From positions 208,754,001 to 208,818,000 of the forward strand of contig NC_091985.1 in the NCBI RefSeq assembly GCF_044704955.1: a stretch of DNA of 64,000 bases, given 5' to 3'. Made by a program: the position numbers and the translations under genes. Of this stretch, positions 50,930 to 64,000 are shown piece after piece; within the stretch, counting starts at the first letter, position 1, and the number at the start of each line of letters is the position of its first letter. Below the pieces are notes generated by a model. That model saw only the letters and a list, made by a program, of their open reading frames with translations. It was not told the origin of the DNA and searched no databases. Source of the DNA: Pristiophorus japonicus. Lineage: Eukaryota.

Positions 50930-51698
50930 ACCCACGCCTCTCAGAAAAGAGTTGATCCCCGAATCAAATGCTCCCTGTCCCGGGGCCGGGCTCAGATTTC
51001 AGACAGAAGTCATTGAACATGAAGCCAGGATCCCTTTTGACCCGCTGACATTGGCTGCACCCACCCCTCCCCCAGTGTCTGCAATAAAACACACAGAGAA
51101 TGGGATGTCCGGCCCGGGCCTCACTGTAACTGGGGATGTGTTCGGCTCCAGTCTCAGTTCCTGGTCATTGTTATTTCACAGATTTAGGGGGAGAGTCTGA
51201 GACGGTGATACTGGCGGAGATACCCCGCCTCACAACTCAAACCCCAAACACCACATTCTCCAAATCAGCTGGAATAAGGTGTTTGTAAATTGCTGAACCT
51301 GTCTGTGAGAGGAAGTGTGGGGAGATGATACAAGGTTTGAGATTGACAGGGAAGGGGCTGTATATAGGCGGGAATATTCGTGATTGTTAATTGTAACTGG
51401 ACATTTAAAAGCTTCTGATTCCTGGAAGCCTTGAAGATGAATTCCGAGTCTGTAAGAGTTTGTGCGGAGCGCTGTGTTTCGGTTCTATTGTCGGAAAACG
51501 GATTGAAATTGGCGGCTGCAGAAAGCTGGAGGCGGAGCTGGAAGATCAGAGGCTGCTCTCTGCTCTGTCTGTCAATCTTAACTCTGTCTCCTCCCCTTCC
51601 CGTCTCTCTCACTCTGCGCGTTCTCAGTCAGATCGGCTCCGGCTCTAAAAAAAAAGAGCCGGGAGCAGCTCCGTCTTATTCAGCGGCTGTTTAAGTGA

Positions 51699-52019
<321 letters not shown>

Positions 52020-52052
52020 ATAACGCGACCCTTCCCCCAAACACAACACAAA

Positions 52053-52068
52053 GGCTCTTCTAAGAGCC
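52053..52068 (+). terminator. Histone 3' stem-loop (H4)
   Basis: GGCTCTTCTAAGAGCC-ACCCA, HDE ~52082. Confidence 0.9.
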
Positions 52069-52156
52069 ACCCACCGCCTCACAGAGAGAGCAGCGACCTG
52101 GGGATGGGAGCGCGTACAGTTTGGTTGGGAAATGGTTTCGGCTGTTTAATTCATGG

Positions 52157-52245
52157 AAAGAAATATTTGGATTTATATAGCGCCTTTCACGACCACCGAA
52201 CGTCTCAAGACCAATGAAGTACTTTTGGAGTGTAGTCGCTGTAGG
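52157..52245 (-). mobile_element. SINE/L2 3' tail fragment
   Basis: atttatatagcgcctttcacgacc is the reverse of the SINE tail. Confidence 0.6.
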
Positions 52246-52621
52246 AATATGGGAATTATTAAATATTTTACAACTATTGTAAATATGAGAGATCAAAAAC
52301 TCCGGCTGACAGTCACAATTACCACCGGGCGGGATACACCGTCCCCTTTACCCAAACATTACAGTCTCCCCTCACAGATAATTCCTGTCATGTTGTGAGA
52401 TTCGGTTAAACGGGACTCTGGCGGGATCAATGCGGGAATTTGTGTTTACAGGAAGCAGTGACCGGGGATTTATTCCCGCCTGGTACAGACCGATCAGGGA
52501 ATGGAACAGAATTCAAACCGGAATGTTGCAGAGAGTGGGATTGGTGACTTATAATGGGGCACAATCGCCGTTATAAAGAGCGGATTCTTAAATTGCTGGC
52601 GGGAAATTAGAGTTTCTTTAA

Positions 52622-53278
<657 letters not shown>

Positions 53279-53323
53279 ACTTCCCCTGCCTCGGCTCGAA
53301 GCTTCAGCACCAAGTGCAACAAC

Positions 53324-53339
53324 GGCTCTTTTCAGAGCC
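53324..53339 (+). terminator. Histone 3' stem-loop (H3)
   Basis: GGCTCTTTTCAGAGCC, HDE GGAAAGAGCT ~53354. Confidence 0.9.
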
Positions 53340-53970
53340 ACCAAATCAGCAAAGGAAAGAGCTACGATCTCCTGTAACCAGAGCTTCGTGTTGTTCATTA
53401 ACCCATTGTAGGGACGGGCAGGTGTGTGGTTCCTGATTACTGATCGTGTATTTATATACCAGCTCGGTTCATATGGGAGTTATTGACTAATAACTAATGA
53501 GCCCTTTAATATTTTCAGAAACTGACATCGGCTTTGCGTCGCTCTGACCCCAAGTTCCCCGGGGCAAAGCACAGATTTCCCCATTCGGTGTTGCCGGAGA
53601 ATGGGGGCAGGCAGATCTGGGAAGCACTGCAATGGATCCGGGTCCTGTGTGTGCACATCGCTCGCTGATGCAATGCGGTCTGAACTGGCTGGCTTAGCAG
53701 AGAAATATACAGCCTGGGAACAGAAGCAGCATTCAAATTATCTCAAACCAGACCAGAATTAAACTAGGCTCTTTGATTACTATATTAATTCATCACCGCC
53801 AACTCTCTAGTTTTCATAGACAGACTAAAGAATATTTAAAGAACCGGTGGCGGTATTTATACAATTGTTGAGTGACAACTGTAGTTCAGTTATTCGCTGT
53901 TAACTGGAAGAGTGTATGTGTGAGCAGAGAACCGTAATGCAGAGAATGGGAACTGAAAACTTCCCCATAC

Positions 53971-54247
53971 GGATAAGGGGTAAGCCATTTGGGACTGAGA
54001 TGAGGAGAAACTTCTTCACTCAAGAGTTGTTAACCTGTGGAATTCCCTACGGCAGAGTTGTTGATGCCAGTTCGTTAGATATATTCAAGAGGGAGTTCGA
54101 TGTGGCCCTTATGGCTAAAGAGATCAAGGGGTGTGGAGAGAAAGCAGGAAAAGGGTACTGAGGTGAAAGATCAGCCATGATCTTACTGAATGGTGGTGCA
54201 GGCTCGAAGGGCCGAATGGCTTACTCCTGCACCTATTTTCTATGTTT
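53971..54247 (+). mobile_element. CR1 3' end in H3-H2A spacer
   Basis: Matches 2999-3282 and 23048-23336. Confidence 0.9.
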
Positions 54248-54340
54248 ACAGGTCTGAAATAAGCCAATCTATCGGTACATGAATTAAAGGGCTCTGACTC
54301 AATTAAGTCAGTAAGCAGCCCTTCCACAGATACTGTGGGT

Positions 54341-54356
54341 GGCTCTGAAAAGAGCC
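54341..54356 (-). terminator. Histone 3' stem-loop (H2A)
   Basis: Reverse complement GGCTCTTTTCAGAGCC-ACCCA. Confidence 0.9.
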
Positions 54357-54386
54357 TTTGGGTTATTAGATTAAATCTTGTCCGCT

Positions 54387-54824
<438 letters not shown>

Positions 54825-55635
54825 TTATACATTCTGGAGGGATACAGGGAGTGAACTTGTGATTGGTCGCTCTGCGGTGCATTTCATTGGTCTTTTCCGA
54901 TGACCAATCACCATCTGCTTAGCCTGCCACTGAAAAGAGGGCGAAAATTATTGTTCGACTTCCAACGAATCTTCAATTTCAAAAACCCCGCCCGTAATTT
55001 TTACAATGCGGATTATGTTAATAAATTCATCATTAGCCAAAGATTTCCAAACACATTTTATTCCATATTGCCTTCCAAATTCCAGGATGTTACAATCAGG
55101 ATTAAATTAGGGTTCACTTTCAAACATTCTGTTACGGGACACATTCCAGCTCATTCTTTGTACAATTTGGGAATCACAGATCATGGATAATCCTCCGCAC
55201 AGGCGGGAGTGAGACCAGAACTGGAAGTCCTTCTGTGAAAAGAGAAGAGGGACAGAGTGTTCCAACTGCCCCGTTCTGGTCTCTGTAAGAACTTCCATTC
55301 TGAGTTGTTGCACACGCAGGCTCCGGGTAATAAGCGGGTTGACTAACTAGATTTTTTTTTTGAAAAAGGGCTTGAGAGAATGAGGTGAGTAAAGTCTAAA
55401 ACAAGACCATAATTCGTCGGCAGGCGACCAGGGAGTGTTTATATTTTACTGGGAGGGAACTTCATCAACGAAGCTATGGCTGAACCGGACAGTAAAACCG
55501 ATTATCTGAAAATTCGTATCTAAATCTACCCTGGATCTTTAAATGTTGTCAAAAACACTTGCTCAGGAAATAATTACAGTAAATTGAGATTAAAGGATGA
55601 CGCGTTTGTGCAGCTCTTTCAGAGAGGTTGTGGGT

Positions 55636-55651
55636 GGCTCTTAAAAGAGCC
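55636..55651 (-). terminator. Histone 3' stem-loop (H2B)
   Basis: Reverse complement GGCTCTTTTAAGAGCC-ACCCA. Confidence 0.9.
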
Positions 55652-55681
55652 GTTGTGTTTGGGGTTTGTTTCGTCAGCGTT

Positions 55682-56059
55682 TTACTTGGAGCTGGTGTAC
55701 TTGGTCACCGCCTTTGTCTCTTCCGACACGGCGTGCTTAGCCAGCTCCCCGGGCAGCAGCAGGCGCACGGCGGTCTGGATTTCCCGGGAGCTGATGGTGC
55801 AGCGCTTATTATAATGGGCCAGGCGGGAAGCCTCACCCGCGATGCGCTCGAAAATATCGTTCACAAACGAGTTCATGATGCCCATAGCCTTGGAGGAGAT
55901 GCCGGTGTCGGGATGAACCTGCTTCATCACTTTGTAGATGTAGATGGAGTAACTCTCCTTCCTCGACTTTCTGCGCCTCTTGCCGCCCTTCGGTGGCGTT
56001 TTCTTGATCACTTTCTTGGCGCCTTTCTTGGCAGTAACTGATTTCTTCTCTTCAGGGAT
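55682..56059 (-). pseudogene. H2B: Histone H2B, start ATG>ATC plus S>C (NKRCT) and G>E (VSEETK)
   Basis: ATC CCT GAA at 56059; otherwise full H2B fold. Confidence 0.88.
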
Positions 56060-56109
56060 CGTCTTGTTCAATCCGACCCAGACATGACGTAAACTTAGCT
56101 CGGAGCTCG

Positions 56110-56260
56110 TATTATATAGGCAGCCCCACACTCCGCCCACAGCCCTATGCTAATGAGGGATGGGTGAAGGCAACGATTGTGATTGGTGCATTCGCTGCGT
56201 TGTCAATTTCCATTGTTCTGTAATTCTCTGATTGGATATTTAAAGAGACCAATCAGATTT
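56110..56260 (-). promoter_or_regulatory. H2B promoter: TATA, octamer-like ATTAGCAT, CCAAT boxes
   Basis: TATATAA ~56112-56118; ATGCTAAT 56147-56154; ATTGG ~56182 and ~56231. Confidence 0.75.
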
Positions 56261-56712
56261 ACTGCTCGCCACAATCTCAAATTCTTGAATTAGTTTATCA
56301 GTTACATCCCCTCCCAAGCCATACTCTGTTCTTTATCGATCGAGATATCTACATGTTCGACAGACATTGACCGGTTTGTATCCGAGATTGCCTGAGGGTC
56401 ACTTCTGGTCAGGACTTGGGAGTCCTTCTGTGAGGGCAAAAGACCCTCACTGACCTTCCGCCCTGATGCTGCCTTCCTCCCACCGTTTAATTCAACATCT
56501 TTCTTATCTGTCACTGCTGTAACTATATTAGTTGTTTCAGTGTTACCTTCACTGGAATATGCTGTACCTTCTGTGCCGTAAACGGCCTATTTCCCTTAGC
56601 ACAGGGGACATAAATTTAAAGTAATTAGCAGGTTTAGAGGGGAAATTTCTTCACGCAGAGGGTGGGGGTCTGGAACTCACTGCCTGAATGGGTAGTCGAA
56701 GCAGAACCCCTC

Positions 56713-59700
56713 CCCCCCGAAGACCACCTAATAAGACTGTTATTTTGCCATCTGGGGAGTGCACCCCAGCAAAACACCCACCCAGCACTGTGAGGGGAGA
56801 CCTGCCCTCACAGCTTCCCTCTTTCCCACCCCCCCCCTCTCTCTCTCTCTGTCACTCTCTCTGTCTCTCCCCTCTCTCCCTGAGAGCTCTTTCCTCCTAA
56901 TTAAAAAATCAAGACAATGAGCAGAGGGAGCAAGGCCCCTCCCTAATCGTTAACTAGGGGAGAGGTGTGCCTCATTAAGAGCTCCCTCTGCTCCCACATT
57001 TAACGAGGCCTATTAAGACCATTAAGGCCTGTGACCTTGGGGTGAGTGTAACCCTTAAAGGGACCCCGTGATGGCAACCCCATCTATGTCGGTGGCAGGG
57101 CCAATTAAGACTTACGCGCAGGCGGCTTCCACAGCCACTGCGCATCCAGCTGCACTGCTACCATTTAGATTAATAACTAAAAAACATGGGGTCAAGAGCT
57201 ACACTCACCTCACTATGAGCATCAAGGACTGCGTGTGGGCGATGGCTGGGGTAGTCGGCCCCTCGGCTATTGTCGTGGCCTTCAAGATGTCCAGGAAGGC
57301 TGTGTTCTTCCTGGGGTCGGAGCGGGTGGTGTCCCTGGTCCTTGAAAAGGGGCTCACGGTGGGTCAGACATTCCAGCCGGTGGACCCTCTCGAGGCCACC
57401 ACGCAGAGGATCATTCTTTCGAATGTCCCGCCCTTTGTTCCCGCTGAGCTCCTGCTCCCCCACCTACATCAACTGGGGGAGGTAAGGTCGGGGATTAACC
57501 CGATACCGCTCGGTCTCAGGGAGACCAGCCTGCATCATGTGTTCTCCTTCCAGCGCCAGCTTTTTGTCCGGCTGGCGCGGGAGGAGATGACAGAGGGCAC
57601 CTTTAACGTGGTGCACGAGGGGACGTTGGACGGCGTGCGGTGCCATGCCTGTAGGGAGGTGGGGCATGTTCGTAAGAACTGCCCCATCTCCAAGGCCACC
57701 AAAACACCAAAGGCAGCCAAGGCTGGCGCCATCGCCACCCCTCCCCCTAGTAGCATCCGCGTGGATGCGCGGACATCGTTGGAGGCCTTTGTCTTCATGG
57801 CCTCCGGCGGTGAGGAGGGAGAGCGTCCGGGTGGAAGGAAGGCATGGAGGAAGGTGAAATACCTCGAGGCGGGTCCCCTGAGCACCGGACAGCCTCATCA
57901 CCGCACCCGGCCTACCTCTGTCAGCTGCCCTGAGCCCGTGCCCAAGCCCTCGACCAATACCGCAGAGGGGCTTGGGCGTGGGCAAGAAAAATAAAAGGGG
58001 GGAGTGGAGCGGGAGGCCTCGGCAGTCATTGAGGTCTCCGTCTCCGCGCCCCCTCCCCCAGACAAAAAAGGAGACACCGCTCCAATGAGGTGGAGGGGGA
58101 ACAATATCCCTCCACGGAGGAGTTGGTGCCTGCCACATGTCCCGCGTCCCCCACCAGCACCCCCAAACCGCGCCGTAGGTGGGGGAGAATCTGTCCCCAG
58201 GGAGAGTCAGACAGTCGAGGCTGCCCAGCCTCTGCCTCCCGGGGATGGCGAGGAAGATCTGCCTGTTGTGGGGGGCGTGGGGCCGGCGGAGGAATGCGTC
58301 GCCGCTGGGTCGGGCATCCCAGGGACTGAGGTGGGCAGGGCTGAAAAGGCCGAACCTGAGCCCGCTCAGCCAATATACAACATCTCCCGGGATCTGCTCG
58401 ATCTGGCAGATAAATAAAATTTTAATAATTTTAAAGAACCGACACACACTGGGCTGGGGGGTGGCGGCGGGAATGGGGAAGAACACCAACCCTCGCCCCC
58501 AACTTTGGAGGTGGGGTATTTGGAGGACCTGGAGCAGTTCTTCGACCAGGTCTCTCCATGTTCCCCGGTGCCTGGGGCTGAGGAGGAACCCCTTCCGCTG
58601 CTGCTTCCTGACCCAGCACCACAATTAAAATAGCCCAGTGGGGACTCGTCTGCCGACGATCATGGTGGTGGGATCGGGGCAGAGCCAGGGCCGGATGGAG
58701 TGGCCGGGCCGTTTGTCGCACCTCGGGTGGTCGATGGACCGGCTGCTAGCGGTGAACTCCCGGAGGGGGATGGGGACTCGGTGGAGGGTGCGGGAGAAGA
58801 TCTGGAGTCCATCGCCAGTGAGGTGGTGGATCTCCTCGTGCCCGCTGCTGAGTCCCCCCTCATTCCTGTAAAGGAACTCCGGGACTTTATGGTCCAGAGC
58901 CAGGATCGCCACAACTGAGCCCAACTGGCCCTGGAAAAATGGTCCGAGCCGGCGCTCCTCATCAGGTCCATCTGCGCTGCCGCTAAAACCATGGCCGCGG
59001 GTGGTCCCTTATCAAAGGCGTAAAGCCTTGAGCTGCGTCGGCTCAAAACATTGCTCGCTGGGCTGCTGAGGGAGTGGAGGTCAACAAACGACTCCACTCC
59101 CCCCCCACCACAATAGGTTAAGTAGAGGTTGTCATGAAGATAACCATAGCCAGGCTCAACATCAACGGCGGCAGAGAGGCACGCCGTAGATTTAACAATT
59201 TTTTGCTCCTGCGGGAGGGGAAATACACGGTGTGCTTCCTGCAAGAAACCCACACCGTTCCGGGAGACGAACGTGGCTCCTGGAATGGCAAGGAGAGGTC
59301 CGCATGAGTCACCACACTGCCACTTCTTGTGGGGTGGCCATTTTGCCGCTTGCTGCACGTCACGGTTCACCTGGGGGACGTGCCGCTCCATCTCATGAAT
59401 GTGTACGCACCTCAGCCCGGCCCGCAGCAAACGCGCTTCTTCGATGAAGTGTCCGCTCTTCTTGGCTCTGTCGCTGTCGGCAACTGCATTGTCCTCAGAG
59501 GGGATTTCAACTGCACCCTCGAGGTGAGGGACCGCTCCGGTGCCCCGCAGAGCATGACGGTGATCGAGAAGTTGAGGGACCTGGTCGGGTCCTTCGACTT
59601 GGTGGACGTCTGGCGAAATCGCCATCCCGACTCCAGCGCCTTTACTTGGGTGAGGCCTGGAAGAGGATGGTCCAGAATCGACTGCCTTTACGTGTCTCGG

Positions 59701-62700
59701 GCATACGTTTCCTGTGTTCCGGCGGCCTCCATGCAGCCGGTGCCGTGTTCAGACCACCACCTGGTGTGGGCGGAGCTTGCTTTGCTCCACGCGAGGACGG
59801 GATCCGCGTACTAGCATTTTAACAACCAGCTGCTGGAGGACGAGCGGTTCCAGGACTTGTTCCGTCATTTCTGGGCCGACTGGAGAAGGAAGCAGGGGGA
59901 CTTCCCCTCCTTGAGGTTATGGTGGGACATGGGCAAGATTCACGTCCGTGTCTTCTACCAAGAGTATGCGAGGGGGTCGACCAAGGTGCGGGCCTAGAAA
60001 AAGAGGTGCTCGACCTGGAATCCCGTCTCAGTCAGGTCGTCGAGGACCCGGCCCTGCGGATGGTGTACGAAGCGTAGAAGGCCGCGCTGAAGGACTGCAG
60101 TTCGTCAGGTCCCGAGGCGTGTTCGTGAGGTCGCGGATCCGGTTCCTGCAGGATCTGGACCGCGGCTCCCCCTTCTTCTACTCGCTGGAAAAAAGACAGG
60201 GTGTCCGTAAGCAGCTCTTGACGTTGCTGGCCGATGATGGCTCTCTGTCTCAGATCTGGAGGGCGTCAGCAACAGGGCCCGAGGATATTATGGGGCTCTG
60301 TTCTCTCCGGAGCCGTCCAGCTAGGAAGTGCGTAGAGTTTTGTGGATGGACCTACCGAAGGTCGGCCCGGAGGGCGCCGAAAATCTGGAAGCTCCGCTAA
60401 GCCTGGCGCCCTCCACTGGCTATCGAGGGGAAAAGCCCCAGAGCTGGACGGGCTGACCCATGGAGTTCCACAGGGCGTTCTGGGACGTCCTGGGGGGTGA
60501 CAACGTGCGGGTCCTGGGGGAAAGTCTGGCAACTGGGGAGATGCAGGGCAGTCATCGTCCTGCTGCCTAAGAAGGGCGATCTCCGCCTACTTAAGAACTG
60601 GCGCTCAGTCTCCCTCCTCAGCACGGACTACAAAATCTTTGGCAGGGTGATGTCTGCTCGCCTTGGCACTGTGCTGGACCACATGATCCACCCCGACCAG
60701 TCCTACACAGTCCCGGGCCGGACAATCCACGATAACATCCATCTGGTTCGGGACCTCATCCATCATTCCCAGGAGGCTGGTCTGTCGGTCACCTTCCTAT
60801 CCCTCGACCAAGAGAAGGCGTTCGACAGGGTGGATCACGACTATCTGTTCGGAACTCTGCGCGCTTTCGGGTTCGGGACGCATTTCGTCACCCGGATCCG
60901 ACTTTTGTATGCCACCGCGGAGTGTCTGATTAAGGTTAATGGGTCCTTGATGGTGCCCCTTCGCTTTAGGAGTGGGGTGCGCCAGGGATGCCCCATGTCC
61001 AGCCAGTTATATGCCATCTGCGTGGAGCCTTTCCTGTGCCTCCTGCGGACGAGGTTGACAGGACTGGCTCTGCAAGGGCTGGGCATGGAGGTCGTCCTCT
61101 CAGCTTACGCCGATGATGTGCTCCTCACGGTAGAGGATCCCACTGACCTGCGGAGGATGCGTGAGTGCCAGCAGATTTACTCAGCCGCATCCTTCGCCAG
61201 TATCAACTGGGAGAAATGTTCCGGACTCCTGGTGGGTCAGTGGTGAGTGGACTCCCTGCCAGAGGAGCTCAGGCCTTTTGCCTGGAGCATGACCCATCTC
61301 CTCTATCTGGAAGTCTACCTGAGCCCTGACGAGGAAGCCTGACCGGCGAACTGGCAAGAGCTGGAGGCCAAGGTCGCCGTTCGCCTCGGGCGCTGGACAG
61401 GACTGCTCGAAGTGCTGTCCTACAGGGGTCGAGTGCCAGCTGGTGGCCGCTATGCTGTGGTACCGGCTGGTCACTTTGACCCCTCCCCCTGCGTTTGTCG
61501 CCAAGATACAGAAGAAGCTGGTGGACTTCTTCTGGAACAACAGGAAGCACTGGGTCTCTGCGGCGGTCTTGAGTCTCCCGCTTAGGGAGGGCGGTCAGTT
61601 GTTGGTGTGCGTCAGCACCCAGCTAGCGACTTTCCGTCTTCAGACCCTGCAGAGATACCTTTACGTTGAGCCCCCTCCTAGGTGGCGTGCACTGGTGACG
61701 CATTTCTTCCGCCAGCAGCACAGCCTCAACTACAACATGCAGCTCCTGTTTGTGAGCTTGGGGGGCATCAGGACCACCGTCGAGGGGCTGCCTGTCTTTT
61801 ACCAGGAACTCATCAGGGTCTGGACAAAGTCTCCACCAAGCGCAGCTCTCCACCGGCTGGAGTGGCAGCTGTCCTGCAGGAGCCGCTGCTCGGGAATCCG
61901 TACCTCCACGACCGAGGTTTCAGGTGGCAGTCGAACAAGAGGGCTGCGGCTGGCGAGGTGACCAGGGTCAGGGACCTGCTCAATGATGGAGGAGCAGGCT
62001 GGATGACGCCAGACATGCTGGCTTGGCACCTAAATTCGGCCGAAGTCCGCTGCATGGCCAATGCCATAGAGTCGCTAAAAACAGCTCTGGGCCCTGACTC
62101 CATTAGGTGTGTCGAGGAGGCTCAAGCACGTGAGGAGATCCCGTCCGAACTGCCCCCCGTCCGGACAGAATTCCTCATCGGTGCCAAACCGCGGAACCTC
62201 CCTTGGGAGCCGGCGCCTCACAACTTGAGCCACCTCGGGGAAATCCCCTCCGTGCCTTTCAGTTCTGCATGGAGGGGTTTCCTGTACAGGCTGCTCCTGC
62301 ACACTCTCAACTTTGCCATCCTCGTCTGCCATCCGGACACTCCATGGCGTACCATCTTGCCATCTGGAGGAGGCAGGGGTCCCCGATGGAATGCACTCTA
62401 TGCGGGAGTTCTCCCATTATTTATCGGGGACTTGGCCTGGAAGGTGGTACACGGAGCAGTCCCATGCAATAAATGTTTAAGTTGGTTCACGGGCTCCCAG
62501 GCCGCCTGCAATTTCTGCGGTCTGGAAGAGTCCCTGTTCCATTATTTAAAGGGGCTGCTCCTCAATTTCTGGCTGCACTTCAGTCCCACATTCCTGATCT
62601 TTGGGCACCCTGTGCAGAGGGGAGCGGGTAGGTCCGAAGGCCTTCTTGTAGGACTGCTCCTGGGCACGGTCAAGGGTGCCATCAGCCGGTCCAGGCAGCG

Positions 62701-63090
62701 GGCGGTCGAGGGGGTCGTTCAGCCTGAATGCCTGCCTTTCTTCCGTGCTTCCATCCGGGCCAGGGTGTCCCTAGAGATGGAGCACGCGGTGTCCACCGGT
62801 ACGCTCGCGGCCTTCTGCGAGAGGTAGGTGCCGGAGGGACTGGAGTGCATTGTCACCCCCGGCACCAAATTTTAATATGATTTTATATGTTTTGAAGTTT
62901 GATTTGTTTTAATTGCTGGGTTTTAGTGTCTCCCTTCCCTTTTATAGGGGACACTTGTAAATTATGGTTTTTCTGCCCCAAAAAAACCCCACAAAAATAA
63001 CCAAAAAAAAAAGGGCACAGAAAAGTGTTTGGAGTGTCCCCCAGATCTGGGGGCACTTGGATTAATTTATGATGTTTTCCCCAAAAGAGT
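56713..63090 (+). mobile_element. Tx1-clade element, copy 2 (5' UTR truncated, ORF1/ORF2 heavily disrupted)
   Basis: Collinear with 13915-20520; same CCCCAAAAGAGT end. Confidence 0.92.
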
Positions 63091-63696
<606 letters not shown>

Positions 63697-63699
<3 letters not shown>

Positions 63700-64000
63700 C
63701 TAAACTGGCCGGCTAAGGAAGAGAAATACACAGCCCGGGAACGGCCGGAGCTCCCGGGAACAGAACCAGCATTCAAACTCTCAAACCAGACCATAATTAA
63801 ACTAGGCCCTTTTAATAACAGCCGACTCTCTTCATACAGCTTTCATTGATAGACTAAAGAATATTTAAGGAACCGGTTGCAGTATTTATACAAGTTTTGA
63901 GGCTCTGACAACTGTAGTTTAATTATTAGCTGCTAACTCGAACAGTTTGGGTGAGCAGAGAACCGTAATGCAGATACCAGGAACTGAAAACTCCCGCACA
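63697..64000 (+). repeat. Duplicate of the H3-H2A spacer (53677-53968)
   Basis: Collinear match, e.g. tctcaaaccagacca..agactaaagaatatttaa..gagcagagaaccgtaatgcaga. Confidence 0.85.

Noticed and set aside
57464-59625. Long antisense ORFs (386 and 321 aa) in Tx1, and similar ones at 15-20 kb
   Set aside because: Expected shadows of GC-rich coding sequence; boundaries are not conserved between the two copies.

Overview
Repeat-rich vertebrate DNA. The CR1/RTE/Tx1 LINE mix, Deu-type tRNA SINEs and 'MEKPW..' C2H2 gene family point to a cartilaginous fish (shark); this is an inference. The left ~35 kb holds four paralogous C2H2 zinc-finger loci (two with long open arrays, two broken) among nested CR1, Tx1, Gypsy, RTE and Penelope insertions, several minisatellites and a decayed PHF23/PHF13-type PHD retrocopy. 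The right part has a full-length Gypsy provirus inside a twin-primed RTE insertion, then a complete replication-dependent histone quintet (H1-H4-H3-H2A-H2B). Every histone gene carries a lesion although stem-loops and most promoter motifs persist. A second Tx1 is flanked by a ~140-bp duplication, followed by the start of a rearranged second histone unit. I found no CRISPR array, rRNA or true tRNA gene, and cannot support a wholly new biological system. The best leads are the damaged histone quintet (H4 R45W), the shared stop/restart design and splice-donor minisatellite of the ZNF family, and the atypical Tx1 ends and targets.
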